From: a virus
Virus record (IMG/VR): IMGVR_UViG_3300045988_001250
Span: 1-5,548 of that record
Strand: one strand, 5' to 3'
DNA length: 5,548 nt
Below, piece after piece: positions 4,659 to 5,548 of this stretch. The number at the start of each line of letters is the position of its first letter. The first letter of the stretch is position 1. A model generated the notes under the pieces. That model did no database searches, had not been told where the DNA came from, and saw only the letters and a list, made by a program, of their open reading frames with translations. The position numbers and the translations under genes were made by a program.

Positions 4659-5127
4659 GTTTCGGAGCGCATACAGCGAACAGGTAAGGCATACGAGCCT
4701 GACCGGCAACGGCCACGAGCCTGAGTATGAGTACAAGGTAACGGACGAAGGCCGGGAGCTGGTAAAAACCGGCGAAACAGACGTCTATGCACTCATCCAG
4801 AGCCGTCTGGATGAAACCAAAATCGAAAACATCATCAAGCGGGCAACATACGACCCGACTGCACTGGGCAGTCAGGACTGGCAGACCAGCGAAACGATGA
4901 CCGATATTTCGGACGCACCAACAAACTACCACGAGTGGTATGGGCGTATCAAAGACGCGGAAGCGGAGTTTGACAAGCTGCCCATCGAAGTCAAAAACAA
5001 GTGGGACAACGATGTAGAAAAATACATCATGGCCTACGGAACCCAAGAGTGGGCAGACAAAATGGGCATAGCAAAACAGAAGGCCGAAGCAGAAAAGCCG
5101 GCTGAAAAAAGTGAGGTGAAAGAATGA
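4651..5127 (+). CDS. VP3: VP3 internal scaffolding protein, 158 aa
   Basis: ATG 4651 overlaps the VP5-like stop by 8 nt (ATGAGTAA). GAGGG lies at 4638-4642. The N-terminus is MSKFRSAYSEQ..., and a C-terminal block reads EFDKLPIEVKNKWDNDVEKYI, typical of the gokushovirus scaffold (Chlamy_scaf-type). It ends in a Lys/Glu/Ala-rich tail. Its stop overlaps the VP1 ATG. The track's start at 4441 is an out-of-context upstream extension. Confidence 0.8.
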   Translation: MSKFRSAYSEQVRHTSLTGNGHEPEYEYKVTDEGRELVKTGETDVYALIQSRLDETKIENIIKRATYDPTALGSQDWQTSETMTDISDAPTNYHEWYGRIKDAEAEFDKLPIEVKNKWDNDVEKYIMAYGTQEWADKMGIAKQKAEAEKPAEKSEVKE

Positions 5128-5548
5128 ACCGCAACAGTGAATACAACTTTGCACAGAATCCGCAAGTCGGAGTGAGCCGCAGCCGATTCCAGCGCAACAG
5201 CGACAACAAAACGACCTTCAACACGGGCGACCTCATCCCAATCTATCTGGATGAGGTGTTACCGGGTGATACGCACCAAATCGACGTTGCCTGTGTCATG
5301 CGAATGGCGACACCCATATTCCCGGTAATGGACAACGCCTATTGCGACTTCTACTTTTTCTTCGTGCCGAACCGCTTGCTCTGGAAGCACTGGAAGGAGT
5401 TTATGGGTGAAAACAAGGAAACCGCATGGACACCTAAGACGGAGTACAGTGTGCCGCAAGTAACGGCACCGAAAGACGGATGGGAAGAAGGTACGCTGGC
5501 GGACTATCTGGGACTGCCTACCAAAGTTAAAGGCATCAGCGTAAGCGC
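5124..5548 (+). CDS. VP1: Major capsid protein VP1 (phiX174 F homologue), N-terminal part; runs off the window end and continues at position 56 (equivalently 1..1223)
   Basis: ATG at 5124 overlaps the VP3 stop (ATGA). An SD GAGGTG lies at 5113-5118. There is no stop through 5548. Translation is MNRNSEYNFAQNPQVGVSRSRFQRNSDNKTTFNTGDLIPIYLDEVLPGDTHQIDVACVMRMATPIFPVMDNAYCDFYFFFVPNRLLWKHWKEFMGEN. This carries the conserved gokushovirus VP1 N-terminal blocks (KTTFxxGxLIPI, EVLPGDT, ATPIFPxMDN, FFVPNRLxW). It is missing from the ORF track because it has no in-window stop. Confidence 0.93.
   Translation, partial: MNRNSEYNFAQNPQVGVSRSRFQRNSDNKTTFNTGDLIPIYLDEVLPGDTHQIDVACVMRMATPIFPVMDNAYCDFYFFFVPNRLLWKHWKEFMGENKETAWTPKTEYSVPQVTAPKDGWEEGTLADYLGLPTKVKGISVS
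5494..5548. repeat. Terminal redundancy (copy 2), identical to 1..55
   Basis: Same 55-mer as at 1..55. Confidence 0.95.

Larger units (their letters stand above)
1..5493 (+). mobile_element. Complete circular ssDNA phage genome, Microviridae (Gokushovirinae-like); unit length 5493 nt, window is circularly permuted inside the capsid gene
   Basis: A 55-nt exact terminal redundancy is present. Recognisable VP1, VP2, VP4 (Rep), VP5-like, VP3 and ORF8/J-like genes are all on one strand and tightly packed, with start/stop overlaps. The capsid ORF is continuous and in phase across the junction. Confidence 0.9.

Noticed and set aside
78-5459. All minus-strand ORFs in the track (78..350, 705..1046, 892..1116, 1059..1394, 1570..1803, 1953..2285, 2880..3074, 3517..3807, 3624..3899, 3910..4191, 4574..4792, 4621..5154, 5027..5236, 5259..5459)
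   Set aside because: Each lies antisense to a well-supported + strand gene. They lack SD sequences, and several use non-ATG starts. Their products are low-complexity or Cys/Phe/Leu-rich, as expected from reading K/E/A-rich codons backwards. Microviridae are transcribed from one strand only.

Overview
The window is one complete, circularly permuted ssDNA phage genome of the family Microviridae, Gokushovirinae-like. Bases 1-55 are identical to 5494-5548, so the unit length is 5493 nt. All credible genes are on the + strand. The order is VP1 major capsid (split across the window ends, 5124..5548 joined to 1..1223), VP2 pilot/minor capsid, VP4 rolling-circle Rep, a 464-nt intergenic region, a cassette of 3-4 small ORFan genes, a 39-aa basic J/ORF8-like protein absent from the ORF track, a VP5-like protein, and the VP3 internal scaffold. 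The genome reads as a single transcription unit. A near-consensus sigma70/sigmaA promoter sits at 3555-3583, an attenuator-like hairpin follows VP1, and a 15-bp hairpin terminator follows Rep. The most unusual part is the intergenic region. It holds eight perfect same-strand copies of TGTTGAAA in two clusters flanking a promoter-like element. These are bracketed by an inverted pair of TTTTCCACA (DnaA-box-like) 9-mers and followed by a GC-rich block of hairpins. The ORFan cassette lies directly behind the strong promoter. I could not run homology searches, so family calls rest on recognised motifs and gene order. Functional ideas for the repeat array and the ORFans are hypotheses.
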